The notes below the pieces were generated by a model that was given only the letters and a program-made list of their open reading frames with translations, was not told the origin of the DNA and did no database searches. A stretch of DNA of 64,000 bases from Candidatus Binatia bacterium (GTDB lineage Bacteria > Desulfobacterota > Binatia > Bin18). Location of the stretch: positions 1-64,000 of the forward strand of contig CAXXHG010000036.1 in NCBI GenBank assembly GCA_963666315.2. The letters are read 5' to 3'. Shown here piece by piece: positions 32,000 to 40,520 of the stretch. Made by a program: the position numbers and the translations under genes. How positions within the stretch are numbered: position 1 is the first letter of the stretch; the number at the start of each line of letters is the position of its first letter.

Positions 32000-34624
32000 A
32001 TGTCGAACGCAACGCAGCTTGAGACGTCTGGCAGATCAAAACACGCGGAGCAAGCAGGGCCTACAGGCCACCCAAACCGGCTGCTCCTTACACTTGAGAA
32101 CGGCCTGCAAGTGGCTATTCAAGAGGATCATTTTGCGCCGGTCGTGGCCATCCAAATATGGGTCAAGGCCGGTAGCGCGGATGAAACCCCGGATGTAGCC
32201 GGTGCTGCCCACGTCCATGAACACATGCTCTTTAAGGGCACGACACGCAGGCCGGTTGGCGCGATTGCAGCGGAAATCGAATCGTCAGGCGGCAATATCA
32301 ATGCGTTTACTACAGCGGATCATACCGTCTACTACATCGTCCTGGCGTCTCGCCATTTCTCGACCGGACTCGATATTCTGACCGATGCCATCCAAAACTC
32401 TACGTTTGATGCCAACGAGCTGGACAAAGAACTCAAGGTCGTCATGGAAGAGTGGAAACGCGGTGAGGATTCGCCCACGAGCCGGGCGGCAACCGAACTC
32501 TTTGAGATCGCCTATACGCAACACCCCTACGGGCGGCCGGTCATCGGCTATCGGGAAACGGTTGAGGCCCTCAATCGGGACCGGGTCGTGCACTTCTACC
32601 AACGCTGGTATCACCCCAACAATATGACCTTGGTCATTGTCGGCGACATCGACCAAGAAGCAGCACGCCAGGAAGTCGTACGCTTTTTTGCGCATAAACC
32701 GCAGACCGCATTGCCGGTCCGGCCGCGCCCGCCTGAGCCTGCCCAGACCGAGCTACGCCTATCGGTTATCGACATGAACGTCGAGGAATTCTATTTCTAT
32801 CTGGGCTTTCCTCTGCCACCGGCCGAACATGAAGATATCTTTGCCCTCGATCTACTCAGCTTTATCGTAGGTGGAGGAGAAAGCTCGCCGCTCATACAAA
32901 AGCTGCAAGCCGAACAAGAATCGGTGAATTGGATCACAGCCAGCGCCTACACGCCCGCAGACTCCGGGCTCTTCATCGTCGCCGCGGCTCTTGAACAGGA
33001 GAAAATTCAAAACGCTCTTGAGCAAAGCCTCGCTCTCCTGTTCCAGTATAAACACAAGCTCGTGTCTCAGACCGAACTCGACCGTGCGCGTACAAATCTG
33101 GCCAGTGATTTTGTGTATCGGCGCGAAACCGTTCAAGGCCAAGCCCGCCAGCTGGGCTATTTCCTCACCGTCTTCTCTGATCCTGATTATGAGCAACGCT
33201 ATCTGAGTGGTTTAGCCGCTGTCACAGCGCAGGACATTCAGCGTGTCGCACGCCAGTATATCACCGCCACGACAGTGAACGCAGTCATCCTCGGCAAGAC
33301 GGATGGGGTGACACTCCCCACCGCAGCAGACATGACCCTGTTGTGTCAGCGGCTAGACCAGCCACCTGCTCAGAACAGCTCACCGGCTTCTGACGGAAGT
33401 GGAGTAACGGTCACGCGCCTCGATAATGGTGTCCGCATTCTGCTGAAAGAACATCATGGGGTACCCGTGATGGCGATTCAGGCTGCCACACTCGGGGGTT
33501 TACTCTTCGAGCAGGACGAAAACGCGGGTATTAACAATCTGATCGCGGGCATGCTGACACGCGGCAGCCAGCGATTCTCGCGTCTCAGCCTGGCGGAAAC
33601 GGTCGAGTCGTTCGCCGGAGGAATAAACGGATTCTCAGGACGTAACAGCTTGGGCTTGTCCGGCTCGTTCCTCACCACCCATACGAATGAAGGCGTCGAT
33701 ATTTTCCTTGAGACCTTATTGCACCCGACCTTTCCGGATGACGAGGTTGAAAAACGGCGACGTGAGGTCTTACTGGCACTCAAGAATCGTGACGATGATC
33801 TGGCGCAAATCGCCTTCGACTTGTTTTATCAGACGCTGTACACGACCCATCCGTATCGTCGTTTGACGCTCGGCCATGCGGACAGCATTAACGCCATAAC
33901 GCGAGAGCAGATGCGTACGTATTACGGCACCTTGCTTGATCCCGAACGCCTGGTCGTCAGCGTGGTCGGCGATATCGATACCACCCAGCTGGTTGATCGG
34001 CTCAGCGCCGCCCTGTCCACGCTCCCAGCCGTCACTGCCCCCTTAGCCCTGCCAGAGACAGAGCCCCGACCAAGCACTGAGCGCAGCGCAACCAGAGGCG
34101 CAGATAAACAGCAAGCTCACATTGTTCTGGGTTTTCAAGGCCTGACGCTTGACAACCCGGATCGTTATGCCCTCAAAGTTCTGGATACGATTCTTTCTCG
34201 GCAGGGTGGACGGCTCTTTTACGAGGTCCGCGAGCAACGTGCCTTGGCGTATTCGGTCACCGCTTTTAACGTGGAAGGACTCGCTCCAGGCGTGTTTGGC
34301 ATCTATTTGGGCACCGATCCGAGCAATATTGATGAGGCTATCAGCACAACTCAAACAGAACTGTCTCGACTGCGCAACGAAACTGTCGGCTCGGATGAAT
34401 TAGAGCAGGCCAAAAAATATATGACCGGCAGCTACGAAATCTCTTTGCAGTCGAACGGGGCACAGTCCGAAGAGTTGGTTTTCAATGAGCTCTACGGCCT
34501 GGGGTATAATAACGGCCGCGCCTATCTGGCTGGAATTGAACGGGTCACGCCAACAGACCTGCAGCGCGTGGCCAACACTTACCTCGATCCCAGCGGCCAA
34601 ACGCTCGTCATTGTTGGACGCTAA
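32000..34624 (+). CDS. M16 family zinc peptidase (PqqL-like, two fused halves)
   Basis: HVHEHMLFKGT (HxxEH), NAFTT and HPYGRPVIG; second half lacks the motif. AGGAG RBS before ATG 32000. Confidence 0.95.
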   Translation: MSNATQLETSGRSKHAEQAGPTGHPNRLLLTLENGLQVAIQEDHFAPVVAIQIWVKAGSADETPDVAGAAHVHEHMLFKGTTRRPVGAIAAEIESSGGNINAFTTADHTVYYIVLASRHFSTGLDILTDAIQNSTFDANELDKELKVVMEEWKRGEDSPTSRAATELFEIAYTQHPYGRPVIGYRETVEALNRDRVVHFYQRWYHPNNMTLVIVGDIDQEAARQEVVRFFAHKPQTALPVRPRPPEPAQTELRLSVIDMNVEEFYFYLGFPLPPAEHEDIFALDLLSFIVGGGESSPLIQKLQAEQESVNWITASAYTPADSGLFIVAAALEQEKIQNALEQSLALLFQYKHKLVSQTELDRARTNLASDFVYRRETVQGQARQLGYFLTVFSDPDYEQRYLSGLAAVTAQDIQRVARQYITATTVNAVILGKTDGVTLPTAADMTLLCQRLDQPPAQNSSPASDGSGVTVTRLDNGVRILLKEHHGVPVMAIQAATLGGLLFEQDENAGINNLIAGMLTRGSQRFSRLSLAETVESFAGGINGFSGRNSLGLSGSFLTTHTNEGVDIFLETLLHPTFPDDEVEKRRREVLLALKNRDDDLAQIAFDLFYQTLYTTHPYRRLTLGHADSINAITREQMRTYYGTLLDPERLVVSVVGDIDTTQLVDRLSAALSTLPAVTAPLALPETEPRPSTERSATRGADKQQAHIVLGFQGLTLDNPDRYALKVLDTILSRQGGRLFYEVREQRALAYSVTAFNVEGLAPGVFGIYLGTDPSNIDEAISTTQTELSRLRNETVGSDELEQAKKYMTGSYEISLQSNGAQSEELVFNELYGLGYNNGRAYLAGIERVTPTDLQRVANTYLDPSGQTLVIVGR

Positions 34625-34677
34625 TATAGGGCTGGGGGTTAGGGATTAGGGACTGGGGACAATCTGAGAAATACAGT

Positions 34678-35697
34678 ATGAGTTGCAGGATGCCCGAAGG
34701 GGATCCCCGGAGTAAATCCGGTTGTCTTCCATCCCCCACTCTTCCCCAGCCTCCTTCGACCCCAGTCCCTCCTACCCCAGCCCCTGCTCAGCGCTGGCTG
34801 TGTGTTTCCGTAGCAGTCCCACATGATACGGTAGACGCAGTCGCAAATTTTTTTGTCGAACTCGGATCGAGCGGCATCGTCGAAGGGGAATACGCACCAA
34901 GCGCTCCGCTGCCGCCAACTACGACAGTCCAAGGATTTTTCCCAGAACATCAAGACTCAGCCATCCTCCGAGAGCGTCTGACGAAGTATCTGCAAAGTCT
35001 CGCGGCTTTGCATCTTTTGCCTCCTTCGCATCTTAGTTTAGGCCGGAGCAGGCCTCAGTGTGACATTATCAGCAGCGACGCCTGGCAGGAGCAATGGAAA
35101 GGTCATTTCCCTCCACTATGTGTCGGTCAGCGTTTACTCGTACTTCCACCCTGGGAGCCGCAGCCAGATCAACCCGACCGGCATTGCATTGTCATTAACC
35201 CGAGTATGGCTTTTGGTACCGGACACCATGCCACTACGCACACCTGCCTGGAAACCTTAGAGTCGCTGTGCATACAAGGCGGTCCACCCGAGCGGGCACT
35301 CGATCTTGGCACCGGATCCGGCATCTTGGCCATCGCATTGGCCAAGCTTGGGTCTGGGGCGATTTGGGCAACCGATATTGATCCGGACGCCCTCGTCGAG
35401 GCGCGCCGAAACGCAACCGTCAACCAGGTAGCAGACGCGCTCCACATCAGCGCGACCGCGCTCGACGCCCTGCCCCTGCCCTTTCCTCTCGTCATCGCCA
35501 ACCTGTTTGCCTCGACCCTCATAGAACTGAGTCTCCCGCTTACCAGCGCAGTCGCCAGCTCAGGACATGCGATCTTGTCCGGTATCCAGGCTGACCAAGA
35601 AGAAACCGTACGCCACGCCTTTTGTTCTCCGGCCTGGACCCTGACAAAGCGACTCCCCAAAGAGGAATGGGTGACGTTGGTCTTGCGTCGGAACTAA
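34678..35697 (+). CDS. prmA: Ribosomal protein L11 methyltransferase
   Basis: PSMAFGTGHHATT, LDLGTGSGILAI, ANL and ILSGI. Start uncertain because of a Pro-rich N-terminal extension. Confidence 0.93.
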   Translation: MSCRMPEGDPRSKSGCLPSPTLPQPPSTPVPPTPAPAQRWLCVSVAVPHDTVDAVANFFVELGSSGIVEGEYAPSAPLPPTTTVQGFFPEHQDSAILRERLTKYLQSLAALHLLPPSHLSLGRSRPQCDIISSDAWQEQWKGHFPPLCVGQRLLVLPPWEPQPDQPDRHCIVINPSMAFGTGHHATTHTCLETLESLCIQGGPPERALDLGTGSGILAIALAKLGSGAIWATDIDPDALVEARRNATVNQVADALHISATALDALPLPFPLVIANLFASTLIELSLPLTSAVASSGHAILSGIQADQEETVRHAFCSPAWTLTKRLPKEEWVTLVLRRN

Positions 35698-35725
35698 GAA
35701 TTCGGTCCAAAAGATTCGATTTTGC

Positions 35726-36487
35726 ATGCGACGCTTCTTCATCTCTTCGTACGCTCTCATAACAAACCGCGGGCAGCTCAGCGTGCAGATGAGCGGTCCG
35801 GAATTTCACCATCTTCGCCATGTCCTTCGCCTCGATGTCGGCGCGCAGATTGCCTTATACGATGAACGCGGAACGACCTATCACGGCACCCTGACTCACC
35901 TGGCCAAGGATCACGCCGAGGTGAGACTTACGGACACAGTTCCTCCGTCTGCACCAACATTTCGCCTCACGCTGGCCCAAAGTGTTCTCAAGGGCAGCAA
36001 AATGGATCTCGTGGTTGAAAAAGCCACTGAGCTCGGGGTCCATACCATCATTCCTTTTTTCTCGGACTTTACCGTGGCACGTATTCCATCAGCCAAACAG
36101 GCTGAGCGCGTGGCCCGCTGGCGGCGTCTTGCCCAAGCCGCCGCCAAACAATCCGGCAGTCGACTACCGGAGATCGCCTCACCCCTGTCTTTTGAAACGC
36201 TGTTACACTCCAGCCCCTCTCATGCGCTAAAGGTGATCTGCTCAGAGCGCGAACACAACATCCACCTCAAAGCATTTGCGGAAGACTTTCCTACCCCGGA
36301 TGCAGTCTGGATTGCCGTCGGCCCGGAAGGCGGATTTTCCAGCCAAGAGATGGAGCACGCACGCGCAGCAGGCTACGTACCCCTGAGTCTGGGTCCCTCC
36401 GTCCTGCGCGCGGAAACCGCCAGCATGAGCGCTGTGGCATTGTGCCAGTTTCTCTGGCGTGACATCCAATTTCCCCCCTTGCCTTAA
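35726..36487 (+). CDS. rsmE: 16S rRNA m3U1498 methyltransferase
   Basis: HLRHVLRL, EKATELGV, GPEGGFS and LRAETA. Confidence 0.97.
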   Translation: MRRFFISSYALITNRGQLSVQMSGPEFHHLRHVLRLDVGAQIALYDERGTTYHGTLTHLAKDHAEVRLTDTVPPSAPTFRLTLAQSVLKGSKMDLVVEKATELGVHTIIPFFSDFTVARIPSAKQAERVARWRRLAQAAAKQSGSRLPEIASPLSFETLLHSSPSHALKVICSEREHNIHLKAFAEDFPTPDAVWIAVGPEGGFSSQEMEHARAAGYVPLSLGPSVLRAETASMSAVALCQFLWRDIQFPPLP

Positions 36488-36560
36488 TGGTTGCGAATAC
36501 CTAGCATGCCGCTCCTGGAAGTAAGGGGAGTTGAACGCTCTCGAACAGGAGGCAGACAGC

Positions 36561-37535
36561 ATGCACGGCTTGCGTTTCGCTTTTATCATGGATCCGATTC
36601 AGCACGTCTTGATTGATAAGGATACGACCTTTGCTTTTATGCTTGAAGCTCAGGCGCGGGCGCATGACGTCTGGTATCTTGAGCTGTCTGATTTGTTTAT
36701 TGATCGCGCACGGGCAATGGGCCGAGCACGGCGGATTGAACTGCGACGCCATCTGCATAACCATTTTACGTTTGGTGAAGAACAGACCGGTCCTTTAGGG
36801 GATTTTGACGCGATCTTTATGCGCAAAGACCCGCCTTTTGACATTGCCTATTTGCACGCAACTCAACTGCTCGATCTTGCCCAAAATGAAGGCGCATTCG
36901 TACTCAATAATCCAACAGGACTGCGTACGGCAAATGAAAAGCTGTATGCGCTCAACTTCCCCAGTGTCATTCCAGCAACCCTGGTCTCGCACGAGGCAAC
37001 CAGGTTGAAAACATTTCTCGAAGAGCTGGGCGGAGAGATGATTATTAAACCCATAGACGGGCATGGCGGCGCGGGCATCTTTCACGTGCACCGGGATGAC
37101 CGCAATCTGAACTCCATCCTGGAGACCGCAACCAAAGACGGCCGCAAGCCGATTATTGCCCAGCAATATCTTCCCGAGGCACGCCAAGGTGACAAACGCC
37201 TGATTGTTCTCAATGGAGAACCGCTCGGCTGCACCTTGCGCGTCCCCCGAGCGGATGAAAACCGGGGCAATATTCATGTAGGCGGGACGTGTGTGAAAGC
37301 GGAGGTGACAGACAGAGATAAAGAAATCTGCCGTACGGTCGCCCCGTGGCTGCAACGCGACGGACTCTATTTTGTCGGGCTGGATATCATCGGAGAATCT
37401 TTGACCGAGGTGAACGTCACAAGCCCAACCTGCGTTCAGGAAATTAATCGTCTCAACAACGCCTGCCTTGAAGCCCAGGTTATTAATTTTGTTGAGCAGC
37501 AGGTTGCAAATCAGGTTACAAAACAGCCCCACTAA
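36561..37535 (+). CDS. gshB: Glutathione synthetase
   Basis: FIMDPI, KDTT, RKDPPFD, NEKL, RGNIHVGG and EVNVTSPT. Confidence 0.96.
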   Translation: MHGLRFAFIMDPIQHVLIDKDTTFAFMLEAQARAHDVWYLELSDLFIDRARAMGRARRIELRRHLHNHFTFGEEQTGPLGDFDAIFMRKDPPFDIAYLHATQLLDLAQNEGAFVLNNPTGLRTANEKLYALNFPSVIPATLVSHEATRLKTFLEELGGEMIIKPIDGHGGAGIFHVHRDDRNLNSILETATKDGRKPIIAQQYLPEARQGDKRLIVLNGEPLGCTLRVPRADENRGNIHVGGTCVKAEVTDRDKEICRTVAPWLQRDGLYFVGLDIIGESLTEVNVTSPTCVQEINRLNNACLEAQVINFVEQQVANQVTKQPH

Positions 37536-37571
37536 TATGGTCTCTATTTGGTCACTGTAGATGCGCGTTTA

Positions 37572-37646
37572 TGCTTCGACAGGCTCAGCACGAACGGGGC
37601 AACCCACGGCAAGCCCATTCCCGTTCACCCTGAGCTTCTCGAAGGG
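37572..37646. repeat. CTTCGACAGGCTCAG-type long inverted repeat (REP/MITE-like)
   Basis: CTTCGACAGGCTCAGCACGAACGGG ... CCCGTTCACCCTGAGCTTCTCGAAG. Confidence 0.7.
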
Positions 37647-37687
37647 GGCGAGCAGCAGGGACACCAGCCGTATGCACGCTCACGCCT

Positions 37688-38395
37688 ATGCCGGATAGCG
37701 GTCAAGAAAACGCGACCGCCCTGTGGTCACTGCACGCAAGAGAGGTCTTGTATTCCTTTCTGGCTGGAATATTCTTAACCTCGCTTACCTTAGGGAATAT
37801 TATAGGCATCACCAAGTTTGTCGATCTGGGTTGGTTTGTGATTCCAGTCGGGTTGTTGGCGTACCCGTTTACCTTCCTGGCGACCGACCTTATCAGCGAA
37901 CTCTACGGTCGACGACGGGCGCAGTCCCTCGTCTGGGTCGGCTTGGGCATGAATTTTTTCATGCTTTTCTTGATGTGGTTTGGCCATGTGTTGCCGGATG
38001 CCTCTGAGGTGTCAGGCGCATCTGCAACATTTGACACGGTCTATACCTTTATGAAGCCAGGGGTCATCGCCTCCATGATCGCCTATCTGGTGGCCCAATC
38101 CGTGGACGTACAGCTGTTCCACTTCTGGCGACGACTCACCAAGGGGCGCCACTTGTGGCTGCGTAATAATGGCTCAACCATGCTCAGCCAAGTCGTAGAC
38201 ACCATGCTGATCTTATCGATTTTGTACGCTTCGGGCGGTCTTGGTTCGGCAATTGATTCCGTGGACAAGCTCATTCCGCTTGCTCTGTCCTCGTACTCTT
38301 TTAAGCTTGTCTTCGCCTTGCTCGATACGCCACTGTTTTATTTGGGCGTGTATTGTTTGCAGTCTCGCTTCCCCGTTATCGACGACGATGCTTAG
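37688..38395 (+). CDS. yhhQ: Queuosine precursor transporter (YhhQ/Vut_1 family)
   Basis: YPFTFLATDLISELYG, ASMIAYLVAQSVDV and HLWLRNNGSTMLSQVVDT. Confidence 0.9.
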   Translation: MPDSGQENATALWSLHAREVLYSFLAGIFLTSLTLGNIIGITKFVDLGWFVIPVGLLAYPFTFLATDLISELYGRRRAQSLVWVGLGMNFFMLFLMWFGHVLPDASEVSGASATFDTVYTFMKPGVIASMIAYLVAQSVDVQLFHFWRRLTKGRHLWLRNNGSTMLSQVVDTMLILSILYASGGLGSAIDSVDKLIPLALSSYSFKLVFALLDTPLFYLGVYCLQSRFPVIDDDA

Positions 38396-38531
38396 CTCAT
38401 AGGGTTAGATTTCAGACCGTCCCAAAGCCGTCTCGTCGCTGGGCTTGCCAAGAAACCAGATTAACTGATAAAAAATGCCCCACGACTTTTGGGGTAATAC
38501 TACTTCGGAAGTCGCGCATCGTCCCAAATGT

Positions 38532-38604
<73 letters not shown>

Positions 38605-38631
38605 CACTCTTTCCTCATATTCAACAGATAT

Positions 38632-38754
38632 TTAGGACTTTTTCGTAGGCAAGCTCTTCTGAGGTAGGGTAGCTAATACCCTGGTTCGTCCCGATCTTTT
38701 GTGGGGAGGGGATGAGAGATGCCGGGCAGCTTCTCTCAGATCGGTCTCACAGAC
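38632..38754 (-). pseudogene. Probable C-terminal remnant of a tyrosine integrase
   Basis: The minus frame reads VCETDLREAARHLS...KKS*, resembling the (YNI)VSExDLREAAxxL tail that follows the catalytic Tyr in some integrases. It converges on the tRNA-Phe 3' end. Confidence 0.4.
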
Positions 38755-38885
38755 CAAGACAGTCCACAAGCGGATGTTCAGGCTTGCCCTCATTATAGCC
38801 ATTCTTGGGCACGTTCCCTCGCTATTGAAACGTGACTGCTATAGCGGGGGCGTATTGTCATATGCCCCCGCTTCCTTTCTTTCCT

Positions 38886-38903
38886 GTATAGCAATCGCTA
38901 TAC
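38886..38903. promoter_or_regulatory. Palindromic operator of the first TA-like operon
   Basis: GTATAGC-AATC-GCTATAC, overlapping a -10-like TATACT, 7 bp before the ATG at 38911. Confidence 0.65.
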
Positions 38904-38910
38904 TTCCCCG

Positions 38911-39171
38911 ATGCGGGAGGCTATCTTTGCCGATTCGGCCTTTCAGCACGGATATACGGAAGATGATTTCTATGAGGTAATCGTAAGCCGGCCGCTCAAA
39001 ATTCGGAGCCAACGCGGCCTCGATGCCGTGTTTGAGCTGCTAGGACAAAATATGGCTGGCGATTATTTGCATATTGTCTACCAGATCTTGCTCGACGGAA
39101 CGGTACGAGTGTTTCATATCAACCGTATGACCGCAGCGCAGAAGCGCCGTTACCAGAGGATACGACGATGA
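38911..39171 (+). CDS. Putative RelE/BrnT-like type II toxin
   Basis: 86 aa with LLGQNMAGDYLHIVY...VRVFHINRMTAAQKRRY. ATGA overlap with the next gene. Confidence 0.7.
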   Translation: MREAIFADSAFQHGYTEDDFYEVIVSRPLKIRSQRGLDAVFELLGQNMAGDYLHIVYQILLDGTVRVFHINRMTAAQKRRYQRIRR

Positions 39172-39488
39172 GTACCAAGAAACCGACAATACCCCGATTG
39201 CGGAAAACCGCGAGCGATGAAGTGATCATCCGATGGACCAAGACCCATGATGTCTTCGACCGCATGGAAGCAGGTGTCGCCCAAGTGCTCGAGGACCACA
39301 GCGATTTAGCGGATTTGCTCGAAGCAGCGCTACGCCAGCACAACACTGCCCAGCTCAACATGCGGATTCCCCCAGCCATGAAAGCCATTCTCAGTCGGCT
39401 CGCCCGCGAACGCACGACCGACGCTACCACGCTGGCCCGCATCTGGTTGGCTGAGCGCCTCCAGCAAGAACTCAAGGTCCATCCGTAA
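39168..39488 (+). CDS. Putative antitoxin with C-terminal ribbon-helix-helix (CopG-like) domain
   Basis: IPRL...WTKTHD N-terminus and QLNMRIPPAMKAILSRLARERTTDATTLARIWLAERL RHH-like C-terminus. Confidence 0.75.
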   Translation: MSTKKPTIPRLRKTASDEVIIRWTKTHDVFDRMEAGVAQVLEDHSDLADLLEAALRQHNTAQLNMRIPPAMKAILSRLARERTTDATTLARIWLAERLQQELKVHP

Positions 39489-39588
39489 TCAGCTCTCCTT
39501 TAGGCTCGATTACCTTTCCCCTTTCCCCTGCCCTCCTCAGAGCCGACAAGGGTAGGCATAAGTCCGAACGACATTGGAATTCCACTCA

Positions 39589-39619
39589 GTAACCTGGATA
39601 GAACGGAGTGGAATCCGGG
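39589..39619 (+). repeat. Degenerate GTAG-family REP
   Basis: GTAACCTGGATAGAACGGAGTGGAATCCGGG. Confidence 0.45.
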
Positions 39620-39683
39620 GAATGCATGCGAACGCTTCCTCCCGGTCCGTGAGGAAAAAGCGGCAGTCAGAACTACAGTGGAG

Positions 39684-39703
39684 AGCCATATAAATATATG
39701 GCT
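39684..39703. promoter_or_regulatory. Palindromic operator of the brnT-type operon
   Basis: AGCCATATA-AA-TATATGGCT, 41 bp upstream of the brnT start. Confidence 0.65.
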
Positions 39704-39744
39704 ATATCTCTGGCCATTTGCCATAATCATGCTATCCTCTCTCC

Positions 39745-40035
39745 ATGGATCGGACGCGGTTTGAGTGGGACGAGAATAAAAACCGCCAGCACCAGGAGAA
39801 GCATGCGATCGCATTTGAAGCCGCCCAGTACGCCTTCGCTGATCAGCATCGCATAATCGCCAAAGACCTGCCCCATAGTCAGGACGAGCAACGCTATTAT
39901 TGTTTTGGCAAGGTCGGCGCTGGCATTCTCACCGTACGGTTTACCTACAGAGGGAGCGTTATTCGTATTATCGGCGCTGGGTATTGGCGGAAAGGAAAAC
40001 GGATTTATGAAAAAGAAAATCACATACACAGATGA
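39745..40035 (+). CDS. brnT: BrnT family toxin (DUF497)
   Basis: FEWDENKNRQHQEKHAIAFEAA, HSQDEQRY and LTVRFTYRGSVIRIIGA. Confidence 0.92.
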   Translation: MDRTRFEWDENKNRQHQEKHAIAFEAAQYAFADQHRIIAKDLPHSQDEQRYYCFGKVGAGILTVRFTYRGSVIRIIGAGYWRKGKRIYEKENHIHR

Positions 40036-40240
40036 GCCGTTGGGCGATGTCCAAGTCGTGGAGGATTTTTTACCCCCGCCTGAGCAATTGTTGTTCAAGG
40101 AAGCGAACGTTAAAGTTACGCTCTCGTTAAGTAAATCGAGTGTTCATTTCTTCAAACAAACTGCCGCTGCCAACCACGTTTCCTATCAGCAAATGATCCG
40201 TCGCTTACTCGACCTCTATGTCGCTCGGCATCAACAATAG
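40007..40240 (+). CDS. BrnA/CopG-like antitoxin
   Basis: DFLPPPEQL...KVTLSLSKSSVHFFK...SYQQMIRRLLDLY; overlaps the brnT 3' end. Confidence 0.85.
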   Translation: MKKKITYTDEPLGDVQVVEDFLPPPEQLLFKEANVKVTLSLSKSSVHFFKQTAAANHVSYQQMIRRLLDLYVARHQQ

Positions 40241-40272
40241 GAGATCTTGTTTCAAAGGGAGTACACCAACTC

Positions 40273-40500
40273 ATGACGGTTGACCGGATCAGCGTAGACC
40301 CCAATATTTGTCTGGGACAGCCGACTATTCGAGGCACCCGGATTACAGTCTCGGTTATCTTACGCATGATCGCCTGGGGCATGGCGTGCCAGGAAATCGC
40401 ACAAGACTATCCGGAACTGAGCGAGGAGGATGTCCAACAGGCAGCTGCTTACGGTGCGTGGTTGGCATCCGAGCAGTCGCGCGCCCTCCCCTTGCCATGA
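40273..40500 (+). CDS. DUF433 family antitoxin (no partner toxin seen)
   Basis: RISVDPNICLGQPTIRGTRITV...DYPELSEEDVQQAAAY. Confidence 0.92.
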   Translation: MTVDRISVDPNICLGQPTIRGTRITVSVILRMIAWGMACQEIAQDYPELSEEDVQQAAAYGAWLASEQSRALPLP

Positions 40501-40520
40501 TCTCGGTACAATAATGTCAT

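Noticed and set aside
37536-37687. preQ1 riboswitch upstream of the YhhQ transporter
   Set aside because: No preQ1 consensus or A-rich tail; the space is filled by an inverted repeat element.
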